From a virus: a stretch of DNA of 64,000 nucleotides. The notes under the pieces were generated by a model that was not told the origin of the DNA, did not search any database, and saw only the letters and a list, made by a program, of their open reading frames with translations. The translations under genes and the position numbers were made by a program. This document shows, in pieces, positions 33,545 to 42,839 of this stretch (position 1 is the stretch's first letter; each line of letters opens with the position of its first letter). The stretch lies in the IMG/VR virus record IMGVR_UViG_3300005529_000023, positions 112,871 to 176,870 of that record; one strand, given 5' to 3'.

Positions 33545-36500
33545 ATGGCTTTAGAAAGAAAATGGCCAGCGGTAGCTCCGCAGGCGTTTACCTCTGACGG
33601 TAATCAATTTGGTCTAATCATCGTTGCTGACACGAAAGGTTTTCGTGTTAAGCAATCAGCTGTACTAACCAATAGCACTCCTGGCGTAACACTCCCAGTT
33701 CAGATCAAAAGAGTCATTAGCAAGACGCAACTCGTTGTTGGCCAAATAGACAACAAGATCGCGCAATGGCCACCTCTTGATATTTCGACCTGGACGGTAG
33801 CATCTGGCGCAGCTATCAGCGCTGGAGAACAAGATAAAAATAACGTCCCTGAAAAGGATCATTGGTCGGCTATTTACGAGGGAGATCCTGTAGTAGCCGA
33901 TCGCGTCATCTTCGTCGATCAATACGGCAATTTCTACGATGACAACAATCCACTTCCGATCTCATTCGATGGAACCGTCACAGTCGGAGCAGTCAAAATT
34001 CAAGACAGCGCCGGCAACCCACTTACTTCTACCAGTGGCTCACTAAACGTAAACGTTACTGGCGGTGGATCAGGCGGAGGTATCGCTCAAACCCAAGTCA
34101 GAAGCGCACTGAACGTTTGGACTGACGTAGGTTACGCAGGTGGCGATCTAAACATGCCCGTGCAAGTGCAATCGGCACTCCCAGCAGGAACAAATCTACT
34201 TGGCAAGGTAGGGATCGATCAAACAACCCCCGGAACTACTAATAGGGTAGCTGCCAACCTAGATCTTTTGGCTGGCTCACCTTTCAGCGCGACCAACTAT
34301 TTACCCGCAAGAATCACCAATGGAACGGCGTATGTTGATCCAACGCAAATCAGGGCGCTCACCGCCTCAGATGTCGTTAGTGCTGCACAATCTGGAGCTT
34401 GGACTGTTAAAGCCCAGCTACAAGATAATGCCGGTACAGCAATTACGCTTGGCCAAAAGACTATGTCGTCTTCGTTGCCGGTTACTCTATCTTCTGACCA
34501 GTCCGCACTTCCTGTAAGCCAGTCTGGAACGTGGACAGTTCAACAGGGAACTTCTCCTTGGAGTGTTAGTCAATCAGGAACTTGGACTACGGGGCGTACA
34601 TGGACCCTAGGATCTGGCACCGACTCCGTAACAGCTATACAAGGTGGTTCTTGGAGCGTCGCTAACTTTCCTACTACCGTAGACACCAATTATGGTACTA
34701 TAGGCGCAAGTTCACTAAGAACAGCTGCTCAAATTGGCAACGCTACAGGCGCAGCTGCTTTTGGAGCAGGAACCACATCTGCTCAAGTGCTTCGTGTCGT
34801 TCTTCCAACAGACCAATCGGCAATTCCAGCATCCCAGTCGGGTACATGGAATATCAATAACATCAGCGGTACAATCTCTTTGCCAACTGGCGCTGCGACA
34901 TCCGCCAACCAGACTACGCAAATTACTTCTCTTAATCAAATCGACACCGATTTACTTGCTTTCAAATCAGCAAATCATACAGATTTGGCGGCGTTGCTTG
35001 CTGTTTTTCCTTCTCCTATTGATGTCAATTATGGGACCGTTGGTGCTAAAACACTTAGAAGTGCTGCTCAAATTGGTAATGCCACAGGTGCTGCCGACTT
35101 TGGATCAGGAGCTACAGGCGCTCAAACACTCAGAACAGCAACAAACCTATATGATGGTTCCGCAAATGCTCTTACATCTGAACTTATCGGATCAAAACGT
35201 GCATTAGATGTCTCCTCACTAACGAATAATACCGCGACTTCTGGTAGTGCAAATTCGCTTAATGGTATTGTTTTCACCTTAGATGCTACTGGATACACCA
35301 CTGCCTATATTTACTCATCTGCTTCCCCTGCAAATGGTGCGGCAACTACTGTTACTTCTATATTCGAAGTTAGCAATGATAATGTAAACTGGATCACTAC
35401 TCCAGCTCAAACTCTTCAATATGAACTTGCACCAGCTGGTGGTAGTCCAGGTGGCATAACTGGTAGTACATATATGGTGCAAAGCGGAGCTGCTACCCAA
35501 CCTTATATGTTTAAGGTTCGGATTAACGGACGTTATTTGCGTCAACGCCTCGATTTCTATACTGGCTCAGGTTCAACCGTAACTTCGACTGTATATTTGA
35601 GTAGTGTTGATTCGAACGACTACATCATCAATACCAACACAGTCATTACAGATCAGTTGGGACTCAATTCAATGGAGTTTGGTCAGAATACTATGTCAAG
35701 TAGTATACCTGTGGTTATCGCTTCTGACCAAACCGCAATTCCGGTTACAGTTTCTAGCTTACCTAGCACAGTAGATACCAACTTTGGAACGGTAGGAGCA
35801 AACACTTTACGAAGTGCTGCTCAAATTGGCAACGCTACAGGCGCAGCTGCTTTTGGAGCAGGAACTACATCTGCACAAGTTCTCCGCGTAGTTCTTCCAA
35901 CAGACCAATCGGCAATTCCAGCTACTCAGTCAGGAACTTGGACAGTTCAACAAGGTGGAGCACCTTGGAGTGTAAGCCAATCTGGTGCGCCTTGGTCAGT
36001 ATCTCAGTCTGGTACATGGACAGTCCAGCAAGGGACTCCTCCGTGGTCGGTTGTTGGTAACATTGCTTCAGGATCTGCAGATTCTGGCAATCCTTTAAAA
36101 GTAGGCGGTGTTTTCAACACAGCCTTTCCAACTCTATCGAATGGTCAAAGAGGTGACATCCAGCTCGATTCATCGGCCAGACAGGTCATCGCACCACTCA
36201 CGAATGCAAGCATTGTAAAATCCCAACTACAAGACAATGCGGGCACCGCCATTACCCTTGGCCAGAAAACAATGGCTTCTTCTTTACCAGTCGCCATTGC
36301 TTCGGATCAAACCGCTATCCCTGCTTCTCAGTCTGGCACTTGGACCGTACAGCAAGGCGGTGCGCCTTGGTCTGTCAGTCAGTCAGGCACATGGACCGTA
36401 CAGCAAGGAACTCCTCCTTGGCAGACGGTAGGTAACGTTGCTTCTGGCGCTGCAGATTCTGGCAATCCAGTTAAAGTTGGCGGAGTGTTCAATACAGCAT

Positions 36501-38023
36501 TTCCAACTCTCACGAATGGCCAACGCGGAGATATCCAACTAGATTCTTCCGCTAGACAGGTTATTGCTCCTCTAACTAATACCAGCGTAGTCAAATCTCA
36601 ATTACAGGATAATGCTGGTACGGCGGTTACTCTTGGTCAAAAGACCATGGCTTCTTCTTTACCTGTCGCTATCGCTTCAGACCAAACAGCCATTCCAGCG
36701 AGTCAGTCAGGTACCTGGACAGTCCAGCAAGGCGGAGCACCTTGGTCCGTAAGTCAATCTGGAACATGGACAGTTCAACCAGGAAACACTCCTAACACTG
36801 CACCCTGGTTAACTGCAAATAAAGATTTAACTTCCATTACTCAAAGCCTAAACATGACAGCTACCACAAATGCTGTCACATTGGCATTAGGCACTGGACA
36901 ATCTGTAACAGGAGTGCAGATCACCGGAGCGACGTGGACTGGAACCATTATCTTTGAAGGAAATATAGACGGTACCAATTGGTTCACTATTAATGCAGTA
37001 GTTCCTACTAGCGGCTCTATCGCCACTACTACCACGGCCAATGGCCAATGGCTCGTCCCGGTTGCTGGTTTGGCAAGTTTTCGCGTTAGATGCTCCGTCA
37101 CTGGCACAAACAGTGCGACAGTATCTCTCCAAGCAAGTACTGGCGAAACACCTACACAAGGAAATTCCTTACCTACTGGATCTAATACAATCGGTGCGGT
37201 AACTCAAGCTTCAGGACCATGGACTAATAACGTCACTCAATTTGGTGGAACAAACATTTCTACTGGCACAGGAGCAGGCGGAGCTGGAATACCAAGAGTT
37301 ACGGTATCAAATGATTCCAACGTACTTGCTACTCAATCGGGCAACTGGACAGCTCGTATTGTAGGCAACACTGGCGTTGCTTTGGATGCTGCTGACAACG
37401 CAACCGCTCCTACTAACTCCGTCTTATATGCTGGATTATATAGCACTACCATTCCTGCGCTATCTTCAGGAAACTCTGCTGCAGCACGTTTAGATTCTAC
37501 TGCAGCACAGTACGTTAATAACGAAGGTAGGAAAGCAACATACAGCTGTGCAGTTGTAGACTTTGCACCTATTTCAACTGCTACAGCTCCAAGCTTTTCT
37601 ATCACCGGCAGCGCTACAAAAACTGTACGTATTACGCGTATCGCTATCTCTGCAACAGCTGCTACTGGCGGTGTAGCGACTCTTAACTTACAAAGATTTT
37701 CCGCTTTATCAGGCGGAACTAGCGCAAGCCAATCTGGAAACATTGCAAAACATGATACTAATAACGCGACGGCAACGGCAGTGGTACGAACATGGTCCGT
37801 AGCCGCTACCACAGCTACTGGTGCTGGATTCTTCCGAAGCCTTCGTTTCGAATTTCCAACCCCTGCTGTTACTGTTCAGCCAGTACTCTATGAATGGGAT
37901 TTCGGTGATAAGAACGGACAATCTTTAGTTCTTCGTGGAACCTCAGACTTTATTGGACTTTGCTTTAACGGAATTGGTACTACGCCTACTGCTGAAATTT
38001 ACGTAGAGTGGACAGAAGAATAA
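33545..38023 (+). CDS. Large repetitive tail fibre / adhesin-like virion protein
   Basis: 1492 aa, S/T/G/A-rich, recurring SQSGTWTVQQG, QLQDNAGTAITLGQKTM and RSAAQIGNATGAA units; late motif upstream. Confidence 0.75.
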   Translation: MALERKWPAVAPQAFTSDGNQFGLIIVADTKGFRVKQSAVLTNSTPGVTLPVQIKRVISKTQLVVGQIDNKIAQWPPLDISTWTVASGAAISAGEQDKNNVPEKDHWSAIYEGDPVVADRVIFVDQYGNFYDDNNPLPISFDGTVTVGAVKIQDSAGNPLTSTSGSLNVNVTGGGSGGGIAQTQVRSALNVWTDVGYAGGDLNMPVQVQSALPAGTNLLGKVGIDQTTPGTTNRVAANLDLLAGSPFSATNYLPARITNGTAYVDPTQIRALTASDVVSAAQSGAWTVKAQLQDNAGTAITLGQKTMSSSLPVTLSSDQSALPVSQSGTWTVQQGTSPWSVSQSGTWTTGRTWTLGSGTDSVTAIQGGSWSVANFPTTVDTNYGTIGASSLRTAAQIGNATGAAAFGAGTTSAQVLRVVLPTDQSAIPASQSGTWNINNISGTISLPTGAATSANQTTQITSLNQIDTDLLAFKSANHTDLAALLAVFPSPIDVNYGTVGAKTLRSAAQIGNATGAADFGSGATGAQTLRTATNLYDGSANALTSELIGSKRALDVSSLTNNTATSGSANSLNGIVFTLDATGYTTAYIYSSASPANGAATTVTSIFEVSNDNVNWITTPAQTLQYELAPAGGSPGGITGSTYMVQSGAATQPYMFKVRINGRYLRQRLDFYTGSGSTVTSTVYLSSVDSNDYIINTNTVITDQLGLNSMEFGQNTMSSSIPVVIASDQTAIPVTVSSLPSTVDTNFGTVGANTLRSAAQIGNATGAAAFGAGTTSAQVLRVVLPTDQSAIPATQSGTWTVQQGGAPWSVSQSGAPWSVSQSGTWTVQQGTPPWSVVGNIASGSADSGNPLKVGGVFNTAFPTLSNGQRGDIQLDSSARQVIAPLTNASIVKSQLQDNAGTAITLGQKTMASSLPVAIASDQTAIPASQSGTWTVQQGGAPWSVSQSGTWTVQQGTPPWQTVGNVASGAADSGNPVKVGGVFNTAFPTLTNGQRGDIQLDSSARQVIAPLTNTSVVKSQLQDNAGTAVTLGQKTMASSLPVAIASDQTAIPASQSGTWTVQQGGAPWSVSQSGTWTVQPGNTPNTAPWLTANKDLTSITQSLNMTATTNAVTLALGTGQSVTGVQITGATWTGTIIFEGNIDGTNWFTINAVVPTSGSIATTTTANGQWLVPVAGLASFRVRCSVTGTNSATVSLQASTGETPTQGNSLPTGSNTIGAVTQASGPWTNNVTQFGGTNISTGTGAGGAGIPRVTVSNDSNVLATQSGNWTARIVGNTGVALDAADNATAPTNSVLYAGLYSTTIPALSSGNSAAARLDSTAAQYVNNEGRKATYSCAVVDFAPISTATAPSFSITGSATKTVRITRIAISATAATGGVATLNLQRFSALSGGTSASQSGNIAKHDTNNATATAVVRTWSVAATTATGAGFFRSLRFEFPTPAVTVQPVLYEWDFGDKNGQSLVLRGTSDFIGLCFNGIGTTPTAEIYVEWTEE
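34724..35922 (+). repeat. Direct repeat pair inside the fibre gene (offset 1092 nt)
   Basis: Identical 50-mer at 34724-34773 and 35816-35865; identical 32-mer at 34799-34830 and 35891-35922. Confidence 0.85.
36060..36790 (+). repeat. Tandem duplication of a 125-aa unit in the fibre gene
   Basis: GCAGATTCTGGCAATCC at 36077 and 36452 (offset 375 nt); near-identical protein units. Confidence 0.85.
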
Positions 38024-38044
38024 GCCATCCTTGGCCTATTGAAC

Positions 38045-38632
38045 TTACTGAGCCGGAGCGTAAGTTGTTACCCAACCACCTGCAGCTGTGCTGTAGGTTG
38101 CAGTGTAACTGTATCGTTTTGACTGATAATCGGACCAATAAGAAGGAAGTTGATCTGCCGTGCAGGGATTCGACCCAATTTTGGAAGGGTCTGCACCACC
38201 GTTAGTGACATCGCCTACATCGCAATTCGTGAAGTAAAATTCGTAGAGCGTATCCGATGTAGAGCCATCAACATTACTATCAGTTGATTCAAAGCCGAAT
38301 CCAGCTGGCGCACAACCAGCGTAGGTGTTGCCATCACCACCCCAACTAGGATCGTCGTACCAATTCTCACAGGTGTCATAAGACGTAGGAGTCTTATCGA
38401 CCAACGTGAACGTATCTCCATCCGAAGGGCCGGTAGGAAGATAAGTGAGAAGACTGGTCGTACCAGCATCGGCTTGAGTAGCATTCACAATGCACTGGCT
38501 AGCCGTAAGATGATCATAGGGATCGGCTTGCGACCAAGTGAGATCGCTAGTGTTACTACAACCAGAGCTTCCTGCCTGAGCATTGCCGCAAGCAAAGACC
38601 AAAAGACTAAGGACAAGAACAAACAATTTCAT
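38045..38632 (-). CDS. Exported acidic Cys-containing protein
   Basis: Signal peptide MKLFVLVLSLLVFACGNAQA; sigma70-like TTGACC upstream. Confidence 0.7.
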   Translation of the reverse strand: MKLFVLVLSLLVFACGNAQAGSSGCSNTSDLTWSQADPYDHLTASQCIVNATQADAGTTSLLTYLPTGPSDGDTFTLVDKTPTSYDTCENWYDDPSWGGDGNTYAGCAPAGFGFESTDSNVDGSTSDTLYEFYFTNCDVGDVTNGGADPSKIGSNPCTADQLPSYWSDYQSKRYSYTATYSTAAGGWVTTYAPAQ

Positions 38633-38717
38633 TTTTTGATTTCTCCTAAAAGTTAAGTGACCTAGAACGCCAGGCTACTATGCCGCTCGCTGTAGGTCAA
38701 TTAAGAAAATAGCGTAT

Positions 38718-39116
38718 TTAACGACCAATGAGCCTGGCCGTCATGAAACCAACTGCTACCGTCGAAAGTACACCAAGGCCGAAATAAAGCCAATCGTTTT
38801 TCTTTTGTAGTTCATCGACCTTAGTTAAGCGATCCGTTAGTTTGTCACTAGTATCCATCCATAACTGAGTTCTGCTATCGGCCTTTGTAATAGCAAGATC
38901 CTTCAGATTGATAGCCTGAACATAATCTGCGATCTGCTTATCTTTGGTTGCATTGTCCTGAATCAACTGTCCTACCTTTTGATGGCATTCTTCGCTGTAG
39001 ATGAAAGTATGATTTGGACCCGGGGTGATCCCCTTCGAGAAGTCGCAATCCGCATAAGCTGCGCTCGAAAGACAGCTAAAAATTAAAACACTAGCTATGA
39101 CCTTTTTCATGTTCAA
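38718..39116 (-). CDS. Spanin-like / lysis-associated membrane protein
   Basis: Signal peptide, coiled coil and C-terminal transmembrane segment; downstream of holin-like genes. Confidence 0.5.
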   Translation of the reverse strand: MNMKKVIASVLIFSCLSSAAYADCDFSKGITPGPNHTFIYSEECHQKVGQLIQDNATKDKQIADYVQAINLKDLAITKADSRTQLWMDTSDKLTDRLTKVDELQKKNDWLYFGLGVLSTVAVGFMTARLIGR

Positions 39117-39208
39117 TCAATTCCTTCAAAGTAAAATTCTTTACTACGTAACAAATCCTATAAGCAGCCAGTCCAATACAAAACAAAGCGCCCAAAAGGA
39201 CGATCAAG

Positions 39209-39568
39209 CTACGGCTTCTTTTTATACCAGTCATCGTCCACCGGCTGCTCTTGCGAAGGAAGCTGTTCAGCCTTCTTCACCAAATCATTTGCTTGTTGGT
39301 TTGCTTGATTCTCTTGGGCGGCTAACTTACCATCCTTGTTTTCAGCGTTCTTTTCAATGTTCTTTCCGCTGTTGACAAGAATGTCAATTAAGATATCTCT
39401 GAACTTGATAATCAAAATCAGTGCTCCAAAGATAATAACAAACCACTTATCCTTCTCCCATAGCTCTCCAATATCCGAGTTGATCTTATCGAGAAAAGTA
39501 GGCTTAGTTGGTTGTGGTGCTGGCGCAGGCGTCTGCGGAGGAGTTACGGGAGTTTGTTCGTCTGCCAT
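39209..39568 (-). CDS. i-spanin (Rz)-like protein
   Basis: Single transmembrane segment followed by a coiled coil ending VDDDWYKK. Confidence 0.5.
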   Translation of the reverse strand: MADEQTPVTPPQTPAPAPQPTKPTFLDKINSDIGELWEKDKWFVIIFGALILIIKFRDILIDILVNSGKNIEKNAENKDGKLAAQENQANQQANDLVKKAEQLPSQEQPVDDDWYKKKP

Positions 39569-39873
39569 TATGAACCCGCCTTTGGAGTAGCTTCTTCGTC
39601 ACCCGAAACAACGTCATCACCCTGAGGCTGAGCTTGCACGGTAGTCAGCTGGCCCTTAGCGTTGATGTATTCTTTTACGGTAGTCATGATGTGCTCTACA
39701 CCATTGCCGGCAACGAAACCCATGAAGATGGATTTCTGAAGATCCACAAACTGAGAACCTTCAATTAAGCCCTTTAGGCGAAATACAACTGCAACGACGA
39801 AAAGTGCTAACCATGCGATAAACTTACGGAAACCGTAAACTACATTGATCCAATCGGCGATTTTCTGTTTCAT
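39568..39873 (-). CDS. Holin-like protein
   Basis: 101 aa, two hydrophobic segments (RKFIAWLALFVVAVVF; IFMGFVAGNGVEH) and a hydrophilic tail. Confidence 0.6.
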   Translation of the reverse strand: MKQKIADWINVVYGFRKFIAWLALFVVAVVFRLKGLIEGSQFVDLQKSIFMGFVAGNGVEHIMTTVKEYINAKGQLTTVQAQPQGDDVVSGDEEATPKAGS

Positions 39874-39925
39874 AATCAGGATATATCACATGTCGAGTAA
39901 TCTTAAATGAAGTCGGAGATTTCGC

Positions 39926-40303
39926 ATGGACCTTTCACAATACCAAAACTTAGTTCCAGAAGCCGGAGTTGTAATCACTCTCGGCACAGCTTGGCTCACA
40001 GTAAGAAAGATCGCCCGCGATTTTGAGCGCTCTAAAAAGGAACAGGCTGCGGAGATCCTACAATCGGCCAAAGAAGCCGACGCGGCAATGAAGCTCAAAC
40101 TTGAAGGGAAGATCCATGACCTAGAAAGTCAGGTAAAGAACTTCAAGGAAAACGTTGAAAAAGACTTAAATCACTTACGAGAAACGTACAATGGCGAACT
40201 CAAGTTTCTCGGCCAGAAGATCGAGGAGCTTCGTTCCGAGGTTCGTAATCAGCATAGTCAGCTTGTTCAGCTTCTGACGAAGATGATTGAGAACCGCGAC
40301 TAA
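39926..40303 (+). CDS. Membrane-anchored coiled-coil protein
   Basis: N-terminal transmembrane segment, heptads, AATCTTAAA upstream. Confidence 0.65.
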   Translation: MDLSQYQNLVPEAGVVITLGTAWLTVRKIARDFERSKKEQAAEILQSAKEADAAMKLKLEGKIHDLESQVKNFKENVEKDLNHLRETYNGELKFLGQKIEELRSEVRNQHSQLVQLLTKMIENRD

Positions 40304-40431
40304 TCTCCCTAGCACATGCTATGTGCAGCACCCGCAGATGGCCATCCACTAGCATTTCCCTGAAGCTGAAATAGTTACGAAGTCTATTCCCGCATTCCCA
40401 ACAAAACTTCACTCGCGCTCTAGGTTTCATA

Positions 40432-40637
40432 TCAATCCTTTAGCTGGTGACTTTCCACTCTATATCTGAGAGCGAAGTCAATCTTCTGATACTTATCGCC
40501 CATCTCCCAATCCCTGGCCAAAGGCTCTGCAAGCCTCGTTACAGCCTCTCCCATGGCCTTTATAGCGCCCTGAATAGTCCTATAGTACCCAAGGGTCTCT
40601 CCTACAAGCTCGTCATATAACTCGTAGAAACAATCAT
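40432..40637 (-). pseudogene. Small gene with an apparent 1-nt frameshift near its start
   Basis: TAATG-coupled ATG ATT GTT TC.. is out of frame with FYELYDELVGETLGYY; span is 206 nt. Confidence 0.35.
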
Positions 40638-40882
40638 TACGGAAGGAAATAGGTTCCAACTGCTCTCTCCAGTATGGCCAAATCAGCCATGGTAATGAAG
40701 ACCTCAAGCTGGCCTTCCATCAAAAGAATGTTTGTTCGCCTGACGATTACACCTTCGAAGTTATCATCTTCTTCACTCGCGATAGTAGCCACAACCATAG
40801 TTGGATTGATGGTCACGCGGGCCTTGGAGCCATCCTCGGCATGATTCATTAAGGTTAAAACTCTTTCCTGCATATCTTCCAT
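40637..40882 (-). CDS. Hypothetical protein
   Basis: 81-aa ORF with GAGG SD. Confidence 0.65.
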   Translation of the reverse strand: MEDMQERVLTLMNHAEDGSKARVTINPTMVVATIASEEDDNFEGVIVRRTNILLMEGQLEVFITMADLAILERAVGTYFLP

Positions 40883-40884
40883 GT

Positions 40885-41118
40885 TTACCTCACCAGATGT
40901 TCAAGGTCTTTGATCGCATTCTTGAACTCTACCATTTTTTCAGTCAGAGACTTCAGATCTACTTTAAGCTGGCCAACCGTGAGTTCAGGACCGTAGTACT
41001 TGCGGCAATCCTCGCATGACCAACCAGCACTCACCGCAACGAAATGAACGCAGCCACAGGAACAAGAGTCGGGCGCCCCAGCATGGCCTCTGACTGTTTT
41101 GACCAGTCTAAGGCTCAC
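40885..41118 (-). CDS. Zn-finger hypothetical protein
   Basis: GTG start; CSCGC...CEDC. Confidence 0.55.
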   Translation of the reverse strand: MSLRLVKTVRGHAGAPDSCSCGCVHFVAVSAGWSCEDCRKYYGPELTVGQLKVDLKSLTEKMVEFKNAIKDLEHLVR

Positions 41119-41362
41119 GCGTACACCCGTTCTTTTCACGATGATCTTGCTTTCTCTGCCAGTACTTTCTACCGCGAAGGTGAATGATCCTGCACTTCTC
41201 ATCGCAAAAGTCGAATCTGAGAGTATGGCCGGGCTGACCCTTTCGAGGAGCGCTAATCGTTTCCCAATTAATTGCGGTATTGGAACTCACTGGCGCCAAA
41301 ATCTTGCGACAACGATCACAAAGCCATTTAGAGCCGGTACCATCAAAGCTATTCTTGAACAT
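41108..41362 (-). CDS. Zn-binding hypothetical protein
   Basis: CDRC...FCDEKC. Confidence 0.6.
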   Translation of the reverse strand: MFKNSFDGTGSKWLCDRCRKILAPVSSNTAINWETISAPRKGQPGHTLRFDFCDEKCRIIHLRGRKYWQRKQDHREKNGCTREP

Positions 41363-41646
41363 TACTTCTTTCCAAATCGATCGAAACAGTCAACCTGCTC
41401 ATCGGCATGACCCTTAGAGCTAGTTGTGAACTTGTCTCCATAGGTATCTATCACTTCGTAACTGAAGCGACCCACTGCAATGACCTTAAAAAGCTTTGCT
41501 TCTGAGTGAGAACCATTCGGCGCAGAAATGTAACAATCGCCTACTTGAAGATCCTTTTCTGGCTCCATGGGAGTTGGAGGAGGCAACGTCCTTATGGAGC
41601 AACCAGAGAGAACCAGGAACAACAGGCTAACTAGCCCTTTTGACAC
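41362..41646 (-). CDS. Lipoprotein
   Basis: GTG start with AGGAG SD; lipobox LVLSGC. Confidence 0.65.
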   Translation of the reverse strand: MSKGLVSLLFLVLSGCSIRTLPPPTPMEPEKDLQVGDCYISAPNGSHSEAKLFKVIAVGRFSYEVIDTYGDKFTTSSKGHADEQVDCFDRFGKK

Positions 41647-41893
41647 TTTTGAACTCCTTATTAAAAGAGAAAATGAAACCTTTGTACATCCCGAAGTGAG
41701 CACCGTTATGTCCGTTCTTAGTCATTTCACCAATAGCTTCTTCAATCTCAGTAGCCTTGAAACCAAGAACAGAGATTGCATGACGAGCTACCTTGTAAAA
41801 CGTACCAGAAAAGACTGACCCACCTTTTACGTGCAAGAACCAAAGGTCTCCTACCTCGTAGAGATCGTAGCCAGCAGTGTTCAACTCGAACAT
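41627..41893 (-). CDS. Hypothetical protein
   Basis: 88 aa; AGGAG SD and TTGACT-17-TAAAGT promoter. Confidence 0.7.
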   Translation of the reverse strand: MFELNTAGYDLYEVGDLWFLHVKGGSVFSGTFYKVARHAISVLGFKATEIEEAIGEMTKNGHNGAHFGMYKGFIFSFNKEFKSVKRAS

Positions 41894-42130
41894 AACCTAC
41901 TCCTACTATCTACTTTAGCTACTTATTTTTCTTAAGTCAAAATTATTTTCTTATTTTCGCAAAATCGCAAAATTCACATGATATATAGTTATATCCTCCC
42001 CTGTTCCCTCTCACTATATTATAATAATAGAAATAGGGACTTACACATTCTTTTGGTCCACTTTTCCTTTGGTTTCCAGGACTGAATCTTTAATACATCT
42101 GATATAAGTCAGTAAAATGGTGGGAGATTT

Positions 42131-42634
42131 ATGGAAGAAAGCGAAAAGAAGAAATATTTAGACCGCTCTGACGTGATTATCGAAGGAAATACAGCACGTT
42201 GGGATATGAGGATCGAAGGGAGCATCTACGGAACCTACACAGGAACGTTCCGTTTCAAATGTTTCTTGACTCCTACAGAAAAGCTGTCTGCCGGCAGGAA
42301 GTACCGAGAACTCCTTGGTCCTAATCCTACGATCGCGCTTGAGCATGAAGACAACCTAGCCTTTGCACTCGCTCAGCTTGAGCATCGTATCATTAGTGCC
42401 CCACCTTTTTGGTCTTCTACTCTACAACAGAACGGACAAGCAGGAGATATCGCAGACGAGAATGTCGTTCACGAAGCTCTTGATGCCGCCATTGCAGCCG
42501 AACTCAAGTTCGCTGCGCAATTACAACAAAAAAAGAAAGAAGTCCTAGAGAACGCCAGGAAGGCAGCCGAAAGGCTTCTCAAGAATCAGGACGAGGAAAT
42601 GGATGAAAGCCAAAGTCAAGAGGATGGAAATTAA
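42131..42634 (+). CDS. Putative tail assembly chaperone
   Basis: Size and G.F.FK...T..E.L..G......LG...A.L...I..APPFW pattern; late motif upstream. Confidence 0.5.
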   Translation: MEESEKKKYLDRSDVIIEGNTARWDMRIEGSIYGTYTGTFRFKCFLTPTEKLSAGRKYRELLGPNPTIALEHEDNLAFALAQLEHRIISAPPFWSSTLQQNGQAGDIADENVVHEALDAAIAAELKFAAQLQQKKKEVLENARKAAERLLKNQDEEMDESQSQEDGN

Positions 42635-42839
42635 TCCACAAGCCTTTTTCATGATCATGGAGAATGATACCGCTTGGCGAGTAGCCAAGGGAATACCGAA
42701 AGGTGCGCGCCTTAGAGGTTTCACTCTCGACCCGTACACCCAAGTGCTTCACTTATTCGTTGAACATGACAGCTTTCCTCTAGTCGATCTCGATACTCTA
42801 ATCCCCAAACTTGAAACCTTCTTTAAGAAGATCCAATAA
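42603..42839 (+). CDS. Hypothetical protein
   Basis: 78-aa ORF with GAGG SD. Confidence 0.6.
   Translation: MKAKVKRMEINPQAFFMIMENDTAWRVAKGIPKGARLRGFTLDPYTQVLHLFVEHDSFPLVDLDTLIPKLETFFKKIQ

Noticed and set aside
33545-38023. Diversity-generating retroelement template/variable repeat pair in the fibre gene
   Set aside because: Repeat differences are synonymous rather than adenine-specific, and no reverse transcriptase is in the window.
42520-42545. A-rich slippery run as a G/GT-type chaperone frameshift
   Set aside because: The shifted frames do not join the downstream 159-aa ORF, which is in the same frame but separated by a stop and an intervening gene.
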